This document shows positions 31,801 through 43,309 of a DNA stretch of 63,980 nt, one piece after another (the stretch's first letter is position 1; each line of letters starts with the position of its first letter). A program made the position numbers and the translations under genes. The notes beneath the pieces are model-generated. The model did no database searches. It was not told the origin of the DNA and saw only the letters and a program-made list of their open reading frames with translations. Origin of the DNA: Corallochytrium limacisporum Hawaii (lineage: Eukaryota; Protista; Pluriformea); contig PDIP01000130.1 of assembly GCA_002811645.1 (NCBI GenBank), positions 77,889 to 141,868 on the forward strand, written 5' to 3'.

Positions 31801-34800
31801 TTAGTAGGGAATGCCATTCTGCCAGTATTGGAAGGCGTCGTAGAGCGTGGTGCGGACATTGCGGAAACTGACCGTGATCATGCGGCAAACAAAAGCTGCG
31901 GCTTCCGTGTCTGTCTTATCAAGGAGAAACCGGGCACGTAGGCGCTTGAGGGACTCGGGGCGGAAGCATGGCAGACCGGTATCGGTCATGAGCGCAACCA
32001 ACGTGCAGATTGAATCGCAGTACGGCCGGACGGCCATAAAGGCCTGAATCGTGAGCTCCTCAAAGCGCTTAAAGGGGAAGCTCTCCATGTCGCCGCCCAT
32101 GATCTGTACCATTTCCTCGGTCAGTTTAATATCTGGCTCGAATCCAATGTTGCCACCAGGGCTAGAGTCAAACATGAAGCCAAAGTCAATGTGGACAACA
32201 TGGCCATCCTTGTCTACCAGAAGGTTACCATTATGGCGGTCCTTGATTTGCAGAATGTAGGTTACAATGGAGTACGCAGCCATTGACCGAATGAAGTCAG
32301 AACGTGCTTGCTGGAATTCGGGACTATCCACCGTGCCGTACGTTTTGATGAAATATTCAAACAGACTCATCTCTGTCTGCCGACCAAGTTGATCACGGCT
32401 CTTCGTATTGGGAACAACCTCAATCACACCCATGCCCGGCCCTGTAGCCACCACACGGTACGGAAACAGGTACAGGTCGAGACCCATGGTATCGTAAATC
32501 TTGCGAAAGAGTGCAATTACCTGAAGGGCTAGCATGTCCTGACGTACGTCGTCACCGACTTTAAAGATACAGGACTGAGCCACTGGGTTGCGCATCGCCA
32601 GATGGCGGGGCAGGAACTTGGCGCCTTCGTTCTTCTGGTTCAACTTTTGGACAGCCTTTCGCTTGACCTGCTTAGCGTCCGACGGATGAACCACATTGGC
32701 TTCACCTTTCTCATTGGCGTCCACACTAGCCGCACGGATCACATCAGTCGGCGTCTGCACATCCTCGCCAAGTCCGTTCTCATCCTGTGCAATTGGTGTC
32801 ATTCCCAGTGTCTCGAGCTCTGCCACGCTGGCAGGGACTACAAAGAAAGTAGCAAGGAAGGGTGCCTTGGCAGCGGACTGCATTGGTATACCAGAATTGT
32901 AGTCAATGCCGACCACAATACCTTCTGGGTTGGACGGCAGGTACGATCCAGGCACCAACTTTACCTTGGATAATTCCTTCTTGCAGACCGTACGGCGTTC
33001 CGCCTTGGGGTACGGCTTGAGCACCCCGGAAATACCCGTAACCTGGTTGAAGAAACCAAATTCACGCGAGTAAAAGTCGCGACTAACCGGTGACATGGTG
33101 CTAAGAATCTCACCCTGGACGTAATCCAGCAAGGGGCCCAGGGTAACATCAGGTACTTCACCATCTTCGTCACTGAAGGCATTGGTCTGCATGTTCCACA
33201 GCAGTTGATGCTGAATGATTGGTGATTTGTTCGCCGCGGTCAGCATGTACTCAGACACGTATCCAAAGCCATCATAGCGCAAAGCCTGCACCAGCTGCGG
33301 TACATAAAAGATGATGACATCCGGCGGGAACGACTCAAGGACACTCACGGCATACTGTGAAGTTAGTGGGTGAGGTATGTGCAATTTGGAGAAGTATGCA
33401 ATGGCCTGGATAGGAGGTACCGCATCCCAGATGAGCAGGTACCGCAGCTCTGGCACGTCGTGTACAATGTTTGGACGTGCAGTGAGGAACTGGACCGCCA
33501 GGGGGCAGTCAATGACCTTCATGGGCTCTGCGCGCACCAGTTTCTCTACCTCTTTGCGCACACCATCAAGCAGCTTCAAGCGTTCAGTGAGCATGACGGC
33601 CACTCGAGGATTTACTCTCCAGGCCACATGAATCATGTCCTTCCATTTGCGCTCACTGATTGGTGCAAACTGGCGCACAATTTCCTCCTCTTCGAAGCAT
33701 AGGTTTGAGTGGTTGTGCGGATTGTGCCAGACGGACAGGGAGGTGACCTCACTGCGCAAAAGGTTCAGCAATAAGCGACGCTCCCGCTTCATGTCAGCAA
33801 GCAGCGGGTTGTGACTTGCGTCCTCACGATCTTCTGCCTTTTCACTGTTTGAGACGGCCGTGCGTCGACTGCGGCCACTGCGCCTGGAGCGGCTGTCGGA
33901 AGCTCCATGTGCCGATCCAAGACGCAGAGGCGCCAAACGTCCATCACCTTCAATGGCAGACAGGACCTTCAGCGCGGCATCGGATCCCAGGGCGATAGAG
34001 TCCTCCACGTAACATTCGCCGAAGCCGTCCAGGGCACCCATGGTATACTGCGCAGAGGTTACCGCGTCGGGGTTAGTGCTTGCCTTCTTTGACGCACTGG
34101 AGGTATCTGACAGAAACAGCATTTCCAGAGCCTTAAAGTGCTTGCTCTCGTTTTTCAGTGTCTTGAAGAAACTGCACATTGCGACCAACGGTTCACGAAT
34201 GGCATGGGCAGGACCCTTTGAGTGATTCGGCTGCGTTTGGAACCACTCAATGCCGGCCCGGTACGCCCGAGACTTTAGATAATACCGATCGATCAGGGAC
34301 ACATACGGGCTCTGACTCAGCAGCAACACAAAGTTGAGCACCCGAAAGCGCACGGGTAGCGACTGTGGATGCAAAGTCAAGCAATCTGGATTGTCTAGCA
34401 TGCGGTGCATGCAGATCGTGAGAATGTGGATCAGATCCTGCGAGAAAGTTTTCTCCACATGGAAACGGGACTGCAAGAAGCCAAAAAGACTGTTGTGCAC
34501 CTTCATGCCTTCGATGGCACTGACCTTTTCATTTTGGGGAATCCCAGGAGTAGCGGGATCATCTGCTTCCTCTGCCTCGGTACTGGAAATACTGCCGTAC
34601 AGCGGATCACTTGCCAGAGTGCCTGTGCTGAAAATGCCCATCTTGTGGTTTCGGCTAAAGTTCAACCCGGAACAGATTTCGGCGAGGAGGACTTGTTCCA
34701 GGTCTGGGCACTCATTAATCATCCAGCGCCAGCAAAATATACCAGCTTCCACGGCCCGCAAGTTGAACAGATAGAACGGAGCCCACACAATCGCGTGGAG

Positions 34801-37800
34801 TGCGTCCCGCCGGGTCGCATGGGTCAGTTCGTTGCCGGTAGCCAGCTGCGTCACGAGGACGATGTGCGCTGCGGTGCGGTACATGGCGTCACTGAAGCGT
34901 TCAGCATCAAAGACACGTGTGCCGTCACGGTGACTGCGCCCTTGGGCGATCAGATCCCTCATAAGAACCTTGAGAATGGCAGTGCGACGCTCCTGCATGC
35001 CCACAAATGGATTGCTTCCACCACCGCCGGTGGAGTTCAGACTCAGGTTCGATGAGTACGGCTGGTCATTCTCTGCAACGACCATGTCATAGGTCCTCAA
35101 CATTTTGTCCATACCCGCAATTTCACCATAGTACTGGGCCATTATCTGTACACCGGCCATGAAGCTCGATCCGCTGTTTTTGAGCGCATCGGGGACACCC
35201 TCCAAGAGGGAGGAAGGCAAATTCTTGCTGGCTCCGTTCAGTCCATAGGACGCATACTCACTAGCTAAGCACATACCTGCGTGCATTTTGAGGCCGGCCA
35301 TGGAACGATCTTTCGAAGAGATCAAGTACACCTGCAAAAGTGACTGCGTCTCTTCCAACGCCTTATCAGCAGCAAACTTGAGCCACTCCTTGCAGTATTC
35401 TGCGTAAGTGATTGTCAGCTGGCGGCGGTCTTTGACATCGTCCGGGACCGTGAGCTCAAAATCAGTGGAAGGGACGGTCAGCTTGTAGCCATCTGAGCTA
35501 TGGTGGAGGTCGTCCGTAAAAGTTGCACTGAGAATGCCCAAAAAGTCGAGCATAGGATAAACAACATGGGGACTCCAAAGCAGAAACTCAAAACGTGACA
35601 CAATGTCAGCCAAAAACGTGTCCGCCAAGAGACGAATGCGCTGCTGCTTGTGATTGAAGTTGCCCTGGAGGAACAAAGTAATCTTCTGAAGCCGTTCCTT
35701 GTTGGCTCGATCCTGTCGCTTCAAAATGGACATCTCGTTCAGACAGGCCTTGAAAATGTTGCAAGACAGGGCGCCAATGACGCTGCTGATTTCAGCAATG
35801 GACGACAGGGCGCGGTCATCCAAGTATTTAAAGATGGATCCAAAGCCCTGAGCCCTCGATCGCAGGATTTCACAGTAGTACACACTCAGCAAGTACTCGC
35901 AGTGAAAACGGCTCAATTTCTGTACCAGCTGTTGCACCAGCTGTCGGTTTTTCACATCAGAGTCAGTCAAAGCGACTAGATCGCTACGCAATTCTTTGAG
36001 TCCCAAAATCTGCTCTTCGGCAGACTTAACAGCACCAGCAGCACTGACCCTGGGCTTGGCATTAACCGGCCCTGTCTCCAGCTCACCCATCAACTGCGCT
36101 GCGACCGACAAAGAAAGCAGAGTTGGACTGTGGGTGGCAATTTGAGTTAGATCCGTGACCACCTTGGCGTCCGTGGATCGCCTTACAAAGTTGAGATTGA
36201 CAAAGTGGGTCCACATTGTGATGAACTGGCCGACAATGGTTTTGTCCGTCTCCTTGTCCAACTTGGCACTGCCGACACATGCTGCAATGACTGGAATCAT
36301 GACGCGCAGTTTGCGCAGGTCCACGAGGTCCGCGTGATCTAGAGCGGGGGCATTGCTAGCCCTGCCCGTACCCGATGATGAATTCTGCCGACGGAGCTTT
36401 GCCCCACTGGCATACAGCTGATTAAAGGTGCGAACAACCTTAAGAGCGAATGAATTCGAATCCCCGCCCCACCGGTGCAAGCCATGGCTCATTATACTAC
36501 AAGCCTTCAAGGCAGCCTGCACCTCAGCCTCCTCATCTTCTTTCCACATGCCATGGGTGAGAATCTGCAGCAGTTGATCTGACACGTTGTCACAGGATGT
36601 TCCGCTACAGACAGCGGCAATTCCACCCATCTCGCGTAGAATCAGACTGTAGGATGTTGGAGACACTCCAGGAGTGGCCAGACGTTGCAACAGAATGCCC
36701 AAGATCAATTCGCTTACATGCTCATCCGCAAATCGCTCTCCCAGACGACCCAGGACCGTTATCAGTCGATCTTGCAGCGACCAGCGCGTCCCGTCTTTCA
36801 TCTCCAGTAGATTCTTACTCACTTCCTGTCCTCCCGATGACGCATCCAGGGAGTATAGTCGCGTGCTTATCATGTTCACCAGACGTTCCGCTTCCTTTCT
36901 TGCGTCAGGTGTTAGTTTCTGCTTCACGCTGGGGATCTTGCCATGGGCAGTGTTACGACGAAGCGAGACCGAAGCCAGAGGTTTGGCTGCGGTGGGCTTG
37001 AAGTTCTTATCCCCGTGGCGGCAAATTTGAGTCAGTACCTCTACGGTTCTTGACAACAATTCGACATCATAAACCTGAAGAATACCGGTTGGACTCGCTA
37101 GAACAACATTTACGATGCGTTCCAGACACTCCTCCACGACTTCTGGACCGAATGCATTGGCCAGCAAAACAAAGACTCTGAGGCATGCATCGTACATCTT
37201 CCGAGCGTGCGCATCCGTCTCGTCTACACCCAGCAGGACGGACGCCCGACGCATAACCCTCTGCGCATCTGCAACCTTTGGTGCAGTCTCTGCAGCGACT
37301 ATGATAACAGACGCGAAGACGTCTGCTGACATCCGAATACCACCCTTGCTCGTTGCACTATTGGTGGTGCTGATCCGACTTGAGTCGTCGTTTGAGGTCA
37401 CGGTGGATGAGCTATCTCTGCGGACCCTGGGCCCGTCAGGTTCTCCGTACCGCTCTATTTCCTCTCCAAGGCGAGCTACAGAGATGTCGTGGATCGCCTG
37501 CTTTACGGCCAGCAAGGGCCTCATTGCATCGTCTTCGTCCGCTTTACCACTAAAGGGAGCCATTTCCTCCTGACCGCGGTGGAAAAACGCGCCGACCATA
37601 ATGATCACACCCTCCACAAATCCGTCGAAAAGGTCAAGTGCCTTTGCACCGTACAGTACATCGTACGCGGGTGTGGCAACTACAATATCCAGGGCTCGTA
37701 AAACCGTGTCCCGCACACTCTGGTCCAGCAGATCTTGAATGAGTTTGAGAATCTCCTCGTATTGGCTTGGTGCCAAGGAAATTGCGTTACCGCTCACGGC

Positions 37801-38493
37801 CTGTGCAATGCCGGCAATGATTGTGATACTGATGGATACCCGGAGGGCATTCTCTTGAGTATCATCTGCCTTGAAAACGCTAATAAACTTTCCACAATCT
37901 CTCAGTACTCGGAAAATGGTTGTCGACACGGTAGCCCGACAGTCATCGTGTACATCGCACTCGTTCGCAATGGACGTCAAACACCTCATAATTTCAGCTG
38001 TAAAGCTCTGCGGAGGCGGAAGCTTACCCTGATTCCAACGAGGCCATAATGCGTCCGGTGCATTGAGAATATAATTGTTCAATTTCATCATCATGCCTTC
38101 CTTATGCACGACATCGCATACCAATTCATTGTCCTTCCGAACACTGTGCAACATTAGCATTGCGGTGGCTTGTAATGCGTTCTGTCCCCTGGGCTCCATA
38201 ACGTACAACGGATTAAAGCCAGTGTCGAGATTTTCCTCACTGCCACCGGGCGTGCGAAGCATCTTTGGCCACGCTGTAGTCAGAATCCGTAGCCGCCTTT
38301 TGATCTGATCTTCCGATGACTTTCGGTTCTCTGCCATTTCAATGGCCAACAGCATTGAGCTGTCCTTGAAAAACTGTGCAGCAGGGCTGCACATCTTTTG
38401 CTGTGCTCCATCTGCAGGACGAATAGCCACATTCGTGGGAGCGCTTCGGATGGCAACGACATCGGCAGTCGCGGTGCTTATATTCGGCGCCAT
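31801..38493 (-). CDS. PI4KA: Phosphatidylinositol 4-kinase type III alpha (Stt4), 2230 aa
   Basis: PIK helical domain (FYVPQLVQALRYD), PMQSAAKAPF, IFKVGDDVRQD, QIKDRHNGN, HIDFGF, and the C-terminus QY.QNGIPY. Confidence 0.98.
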   Translation of the reverse strand: MAPNISTATADVVAIRSAPTNVAIRPADGAQQKMCSPAAQFFKDSSMLLAIEMAENRKSSEDQIKRRLRILTTAWPKMLRTPGGSEENLDTGFNPLYVMEPRGQNALQATAMLMLHSVRKDNELVCDVVHKEGMMMKLNNYILNAPDALWPRWNQGKLPPPQSFTAEIMRCLTSIANECDVHDDCRATVSTTIFRVLRDCGKFISVFKADDTQENALRVSISITIIAGIAQAVSGNAISLAPSQYEEILKLIQDLLDQSVRDTVLRALDIVVATPAYDVLYGAKALDLFDGFVEGVIIMVGAFFHRGQEEMAPFSGKADEDDAMRPLLAVKQAIHDISVARLGEEIERYGEPDGPRVRRDSSSTVTSNDDSSRISTTNSATSKGGIRMSADVFASVIIVAAETAPKVADAQRVMRRASVLLGVDETDAHARKMYDACLRVFVLLANAFGPEVVEECLERIVNVVLASPTGILQVYDVELLSRTVEVLTQICRHGDKNFKPTAAKPLASVSLRRNTAHGKIPSVKQKLTPDARKEAERLVNMISTRLYSLDASSGGQEVSKNLLEMKDGTRWSLQDRLITVLGRLGERFADEHVSELILGILLQRLATPGVSPTSYSLILREMGGIAAVCSGTSCDNVSDQLLQILTHGMWKEDEEAEVQAALKACSIMSHGLHRWGGDSNSFALKVVRTFNQLYASGAKLRRQNSSSGTGRASNAPALDHADLVDLRKLRVMIPVIAACVGSAKLDKETDKTIVGQFITMWTHFVNLNFVRRSTDAKVVTDLTQIATHSPTLLSLSVAAQLMGELETGPVNAKPRVSAAGAVKSAEEQILGLKELRSDLVALTDSDVKNRQLVQQLVQKLSRFHCEYLLSVYYCEILRSRAQGFGSIFKYLDDRALSSIAEISSVIGALSCNIFKACLNEMSILKRQDRANKERLQKITLFLQGNFNHKQQRIRLLADTFLADIVSRFEFLLWSPHVVYPMLDFLGILSATFTDDLHHSSDGYKLTVPSTDFELTVPDDVKDRRQLTITYAEYCKEWLKFAADKALEETQSLLQVYLISSKDRSMAGLKMHAGMCLASEYASYGLNGASKNLPSSLLEGVPDALKNSGSSFMAGVQIMAQYYGEIAGMDKMLRTYDMVVAENDQPYSSNLSLNSTGGGGSNPFVGMQERRTAILKVLMRDLIAQGRSHRDGTRVFDAERFSDAMYRTAAHIVLVTQLATGNELTHATRRDALHAIVWAPFYLFNLRAVEAGIFCWRWMINECPDLEQVLLAEICSGLNFSRNHKMGIFSTGTLASDPLYGSISSTEAEEADDPATPGIPQNEKVSAIEGMKVHNSLFGFLQSRFHVEKTFSQDLIHILTICMHRMLDNPDCLTLHPQSLPVRFRVLNFVLLLSQSPYVSLIDRYYLKSRAYRAGIEWFQTQPNHSKGPAHAIREPLVAMCSFFKTLKNESKHFKALEMLFLSDTSSASKKASTNPDAVTSAQYTMGALDGFGECYVEDSIALGSDAALKVLSAIEGDGRLAPLRLGSAHGASDSRSRRSGRSRRTAVSNSEKAEDREDASHNPLLADMKRERRLLLNLLRSEVTSLSVWHNPHNHSNLCFEEEEIVRQFAPISERKWKDMIHVAWRVNPRVAVMLTERLKLLDGVRKEVEKLVRAEPMKVIDCPLAVQFLTARPNIVHDVPELRYLLIWDAVPPIQAIAYFSKLHIPHPLTSQYAVSVLESFPPDVIIFYVPQLVQALRYDGFGYVSEYMLTAANKSPIIQHQLLWNMQTNAFSDEDGEVPDVTLGPLLDYVQGEILSTMSPVSRDFYSREFGFFNQVTGISGVLKPYPKAERRTVCKKELSKVKLVPGSYLPSNPEGIVVGIDYNSGIPMQSAAKAPFLATFFVVPASVAELETLGMTPIAQDENGLGEDVQTPTDVIRAASVDANEKGEANVVHPSDAKQVKRKAVQKLNQKNEGAKFLPRHLAMRNPVAQSCIFKVGDDVRQDMLALQVIALFRKIYDTMGLDLYLFPYRVVATGPGMGVIEVVPNTKSRDQLGRQTEMSLFEYFIKTYGTVDSPEFQQARSDFIRSMAAYSIVTYILQIKDRHNGNLLVDKDGHVVHIDFGFMFDSSPGGNIGFEPDIKLTEEMVQIMGGDMESFPFKRFEELTIQAFMAVRPYCDSICTLVALMTDTGLPCFRPESLKRLRARFLLDKTDTEAAAFVCRMITVSFRNVRTTLYDAFQYWQNGIPY

Positions 38494-39379
38494 GGCTGAT
38501 GAATAGTTTTGCCCAAGTCTGTCGCCACGGTCTCCTACTATGATCGTTTTCTTCCTCGCGAACTGAAACTAAATATTTCCCATTGTTACCATAACTGTGT
38601 TCCCAAGTTGTTGGACGAGGTGCTAGGCTGGTTTTACCCTACCAGTTGTTCCGGAGGCCTGCCGACTCTATTGTTCGTTGTGTTTGCCGAAAACATCTCA
38701 TCACCAACCACCGCCGGGTCCCTTATACCCTATCACTATTGGATATCGGTTTCATACCAGACTTAGTAGTCGCCGCTTTCCAAAGACAAGCTTGATAGGC
38801 CGCAGCACACTTCCGATGAACATCAGTCAAGAACAGAATCCACCGTTGCAATCATCGTCCATTCCCTGAGACCCATCCGTGATCCTCGGCAATGGTCGGA
38901 TGGGCAATAGTCCTGCATCGGGCCAACACGGCTGATGTAGGGAGAGGGAGGGGGGGGGGGCGGNNNNNNNNNNNNNNNNNNNNNNNNNNNNNNNNNNNNN
39001 NNNNNNNNNNNNNNNNNNNNNNNNNNNNNNNNNNNNNNNNNNNNNNNNNNNNNNNNNNNNNNNNNNNNNNNNNNNNNNNNNNNNNNNNNNNNNNNNNNNN
39101 NNNNNNNNNNNNNNNNNNNNNNNNNNNNNNNNNNNNNNNNNNNNNNNNNNNNNNNNNNNNNNNNNNNNNNNNNNNNNATGTAGGGAGAGGGAGGTGGGGG
39201 GGGCGGGACTTTGGCGGACGAGACAGAGTCCAAAGCCACTGCCAAAACAAAAACGCCGCCCAAGAATAACAAAAGCGAGGCCCAAGGATGGGAGCCATAG
39301 TAGAAAAAGAGAGAGAGGGGAAGGACGGTAGAGGGGGTTTGGGGGCGGAAGGGAGGGTGGGGAAGCGAAGCGCAAACGT

Positions 39380-39620
39380 CCGGGCCAATAAGTTCCTTTG
39401 AGCCGCGTTCGGGAAAAGAATCCGAACCCACCAACCCGAATCGGACGTGTCCCCGGTCGAGATGTATGCAGAATTCGCTCGCCGCGAAAGCGTCGTGGAC
39501 GGCCCAGACGACCGACCCCTAGTGGAAGTACCAGAGCGCATACCAGATGGGGTGCATAATCCATAAATTATGTACCCAAAAGTGGGATCGCCTCCAGTAC
39601 TGTACACCTTCAGCAAGGAG
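39380..39620 (-). pseudogene. Possible Mutator/IS256-like transposase fragment
   Basis: DPTFGY (39572-39589) ... VRILFPNAAQR / YW (39385-39430) resembles D.T..., FP.A.(Q/H)R.C.WH. Frameshifted. Confidence 0.3.
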
Positions 39621-41902
39621 GTTCCTGATCCGGGGAGAAATGGAGAGGGGGAGGAGGGAGGGGGCATAGTCATAATTTCACTACGCGGTTCTGGACGTTC
39701 CCGGTATTGAAAACCCCAACCAACAGGGCAACCCCCAATATAATCCACCAGCCAACCGTGTTGTTTCTTAAATGGACTCCCGATCAGAATTGTGGTTGGA
39801 AGGTGCTGCTCCGGTACGGTTGCGGGTGGTGGTGAAGGGGCCAGAGTTGGAAATAGTTTCGTGTCCGGATTTGGTGGGGGGGAGGGAGACAGGGAAGGCC
39901 GCGCCCCGGGGCCAACCAAAGCTCTCCCCAACCTTTCTCTTTTTCTTTACCCTCCAAAACGACGGCGTCGAAGGTAGTGTTCGCTCGCCTGCCTGCACCG
40001 GAATTTAAAAGAAAACAGAAAATGACGGAAACTTGAGAACCGGAGACTCTCTCTCGCTCTATGCCTTGCAATCCTTCTTTCTTTCTTTCTTTGTTTCATT
40101 ATTTCTTGTAAATATTCTACGGACCATTTGCAGAAGGCCGAAACGGTCAAGAAAATTTTCGCAGTTATCACTCCCCGCGAGGTGCGATGATGGAAGAGCC
40201 TTCTCTTGCTCCGGTTTTGGGAGGTGGTTAGGTGAAACATTGAAATCATCGCCAAAGGAGAGAAGGAGGGAAGGGGGGGTGTGTGTGTGTCAGGAGCGTA
40301 GTGTTTTTTGAAATTATCTGGCGGAGGATAAAATAATTACGAGAAAAAAAGTTGGTTTTCTTGGTGCTGGTTCTTTTGGGGTAGTGGGGCAGGAGGGGAG
40401 AATTTCGGCCTCGGTGCACTCGGACTGGACAACCGGGACACGAATCCGATCGTTTCACTATGGCCGGTGGACACTTGGAGAAAAAAGTGTTTCCTTTGGT
40501 TCAGGTTTCGTTGGTGGATCGTACAAACGCGATCGGATCGAGAGGAAACGAAAAGGGAGTGGGGGCCTTTCCCGTTTTTCTTTTTTTTTCCTTCGTGGCA
40601 GGCGCGAGGAATGACCAGGGACGTAAGGAAACGTCGAGGGTAAACGGAGCGATCGAGTCTTGCTGGTCTCAGAGAAGGAGCGAGAGGGAGAGAATCCAGA
40701 AAAAGAAAAGCAGAAAAGTTGGGAGACGGGAGGGGGCACAGGCACTACTTTCTTTTCTTGGCAAAGGCAGGTGGGTACTGAGCAGCACTGTCGTCTCCCA
40801 CGGGGACAGGTGTGAAGCTAATTGGTTCATTTGCCTGGTCGGTGGCTCAACAGCTTGTGTTCCCTTTTGTCATTTTCAGGCGGTTGGAAACCAAAAACGA
40901 AAAAAAAAAAAGAAAGGGGGGGGGTTGTGTGTGTGTGTGCGCGTTGATCTTCTCACTTTTATTTCTATTATTTGGCCACGGTTGCTGTTGATTACCGGTG
41001 CCTGTGTGTTGTTGCTCACATCACCCCCCCCCTCCGTGGCGGCGGTGCGGGTCCCCCTTTCTTCTGTTCTTTGTCCTCTCCCGTTGCCTGGTCATCGGTC
41101 CCCGTTCTCCCAAAGGTTGGGAGTGAAGAGTGAGACGTATGTTGTGTGTGTGTGTGTGTGTCATAGGCGTGTCTATTTTTTTAAAGCCGCCACTTCATCC
41201 CCCCCCCCTCCCCGTCCCCTCGCCCCCTTTGACGTCCTCCAGCTGCCCGACCCGACCAACGAAGGACTACGGAGAGCGCCAAGAGGCACACACACCCACA
41301 CACACAGAGAAACACACAGAGGAAAACACAGTGGACACACAGAGTGTGTTCGGGACGGACCCTTCCCCAGGAGCGAGACAGACACACACAGAGGTCGAGA
41401 GAGCGAGGGACCGAGGACAGTGCCAGGGTGGGGCGAGCAGGAAAAGTGCCAGTGCCTTGCTTATATCGCCAAGGGGGGGGTGTCAAGGGCGGCCGGGGCG
41501 GTTACAGCAGGAAGTAATCAGTGATAAGGGGGAGACAGCAAATATGGCTGCAAGTTTTCTTTAGGGGAGTGGGCATTTCGGGATCCGTTCGTGTTGTCGT
41601 TGCTGGTCCGTCTTTGGTAGGCAGTGGTGTTTCCTAATAAAGTACTGATCGAAACGATCCAAAGCAAGAAGGTGTTAAATGTATTTTACCTGTCCAAATG
41701 ACATAAACGTTGTGCATTTTCTGAGGCCTACGGGTGTGACACAGCCTGCGACATAAAAAAGGACGCCACAACGCAGGAAACGATAGTGGGTCTCTGGCAA
41801 GACCAGCGTAAAGAAACAGGAACATAATGTCTTCATCAGACCCATGAATACGACCCAATTTTTGCTGATTAATTAGACAATAAACCCGCCCACAAAGACA
41901 AT

Positions 41903-42466
41903 ATGTTTTGGACCAAAAGGGACAAGAGTCCCAGGTCGGACAAGAGTCCACGAACAGAAAGGAAAGAGAACCACCAGTTAGCCTATGGCGCAAAATCAGA
42001 GGAGGTGCTTCGGGAAAGTAATTCTAGTCTCAATTCGGGAGTGGCTGCGGAAACACGACCCTTGTCAGTGCCCCGGCGTGGTCGCAGTGGAACTCCCCCG
42101 GAGCCACCGGCGCGGAAACAAAGTCTCCAACCTAAAGCAAAACCAAGAAAACTCAGTTCGCCACGGTCCAATGGCAATTTACCGGCGGTACCCCCTCGTT
42201 CTCCGCGCAACAGTGCAGAGCCCCAAAATGGACACGAAGCAGAACACATAAGGATCGCCAGGGTTGAACGCAGAATGAAGATAGTCTATCGTATGGCGAA
42301 CGGCATCCCGGTGACCTACAAGGAAGGCGTAATTATCGGCGTCGAGGAGGAGACGAGGAGAAAGGGCCTCATCATCCCTGGAGTGACCGCCACCGACATG
42401 ACACCAGCACAGATTGAAAGGAAGTACAATTATGACTTCAGGGTCGAGGATGACGTCCTCTCATGA
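41903..42466 (+). CDS. Hypothetical protein, 187 aa, with a disordered Pro/Ser-rich N-terminus carrying PxxPxR motifs
   Basis: Intact ORF convergent with PEX11, C-terminal part coding-like. No family recognised. Confidence 0.7.
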   Translation: MFWTKRDKSPRSDKSPRTERKENHQLAYGAKSEEVLRESNSSLNSGVAAETRPLSVPRRGRSGTPPEPPARKQSLQPKAKPRKLSSPRSNGNLPAVPPRSPRNSAEPQNGHEAEHIRIARVERRMKIVYRMANGIPVTYKEGVIIGVEEETRRKGLIIPGVTATDMTPAQIERKYNYDFRVEDDVLS

Positions 42467-42601
42467 ATCAAGTATCATCCATAACACATGTTTTGTACCC
42501 ATAAATCTATATAGAAATCACTTGAGGAAACCATGAAGGTACGGCCGAAACTTATGTATTTACGGGAGATAAAAATGGTTTGCGGGTGTCGGAATGTGCG
42601 T

Positions 42602-43309
42602 TTACTGAGATGCAGGGTAGCTCTGGTAGATGCCAACAACGGAGGAGATGGTACCGAAGAAGCCGACCCATCCAGCATTCAGCTTACCTGCCCACAGGAT
42701 ATTTCCGGGCAGCCAGTTGATGGCATTGACAAGATCGGCGCTATTCTTGACAATGCTGAGCTGCTGGCTGATTTTCCTACGCTCCAATGAGCGGCCAACG
42801 GAGCTGATCTTTTCGTCACCGGGAAGTTTCTTGTATTCTTCGTCGATGGCCTTGATTTCACGCGCGCTCAGGATAATGCCAATGACAAGGCTGCCAGTCC
42901 AGAAGCAGTCACCAAGCTGCCAGATGGGAGTGGAGTCGGAGCCTTTGGCGATGAGCTGTGAGTCGACAGCCCAGGCGAAGTGTTCGGTGGGGAAGTACAG
43001 TTGATCGCAGCAATTCTTGACAATGTTCAGCACGCGGGTGGTCTGGTCCTTCTCATGGTGGCCCAAACCGTAGCTGAGAGAGTAGGCCAGCATAGGGACG
43101 TCATCAAAGAGACGCAGGAGCACACGCCAACCGCCAAACTGGTTGGCAACGTTGGTGTACCGCTCAGCAGAGTAGTAGTTGCCCCGACGCTCAGCAAGAT
43201 GACCCAGCATCTTGAAGAAATAGGACAAGACACGGAAGGCCTTGTCTCGGCCATTGCGAGTCTCCAAGTACACGGCCAGACGGCCCAGGTCCTTCTGGAA
43301 ATCTGCCAT
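42602..43309 (-). CDS. PEX11G: Peroxisomal biogenesis factor 11, gamma type (235 aa)
   Basis: LET.NGRDK..RVLSY, RVLLRLFDDVPMLAY.L.YGLG, DQLYFP.EH.AW, DL.NAI.WLP..LWAG..VG..GTISS. ATG at 43309. Confidence 0.9.
   Translation of the reverse strand: MADFQKDLGRLAVYLETRNGRDKAFRVLSYFFKMLGHLAERRGNYYSAERYTNVANQFGGWRVLLRLFDDVPMLAYSLSYGLGHHEKDQTTRVLNIVKNCCDQLYFPTEHFAWAVDSQLIAKGSDSTPIWQLGDCFWTGSLVIGIILSAREIKAIDEEYKKLPGDEKISSVGRSLERRKISQQLSIVKNSADLVNAINWLPGNILWAGKLNAGWVGFFGTISSVVGIYQSYPASQ

Noticed and set aside
40460-41524. 354-aa ORF, and similar ones at 25194-25865, 16618-17346 and 9613-10308
   Set aside because: Translations of microsatellites and homopolymer runs; no coding bias.
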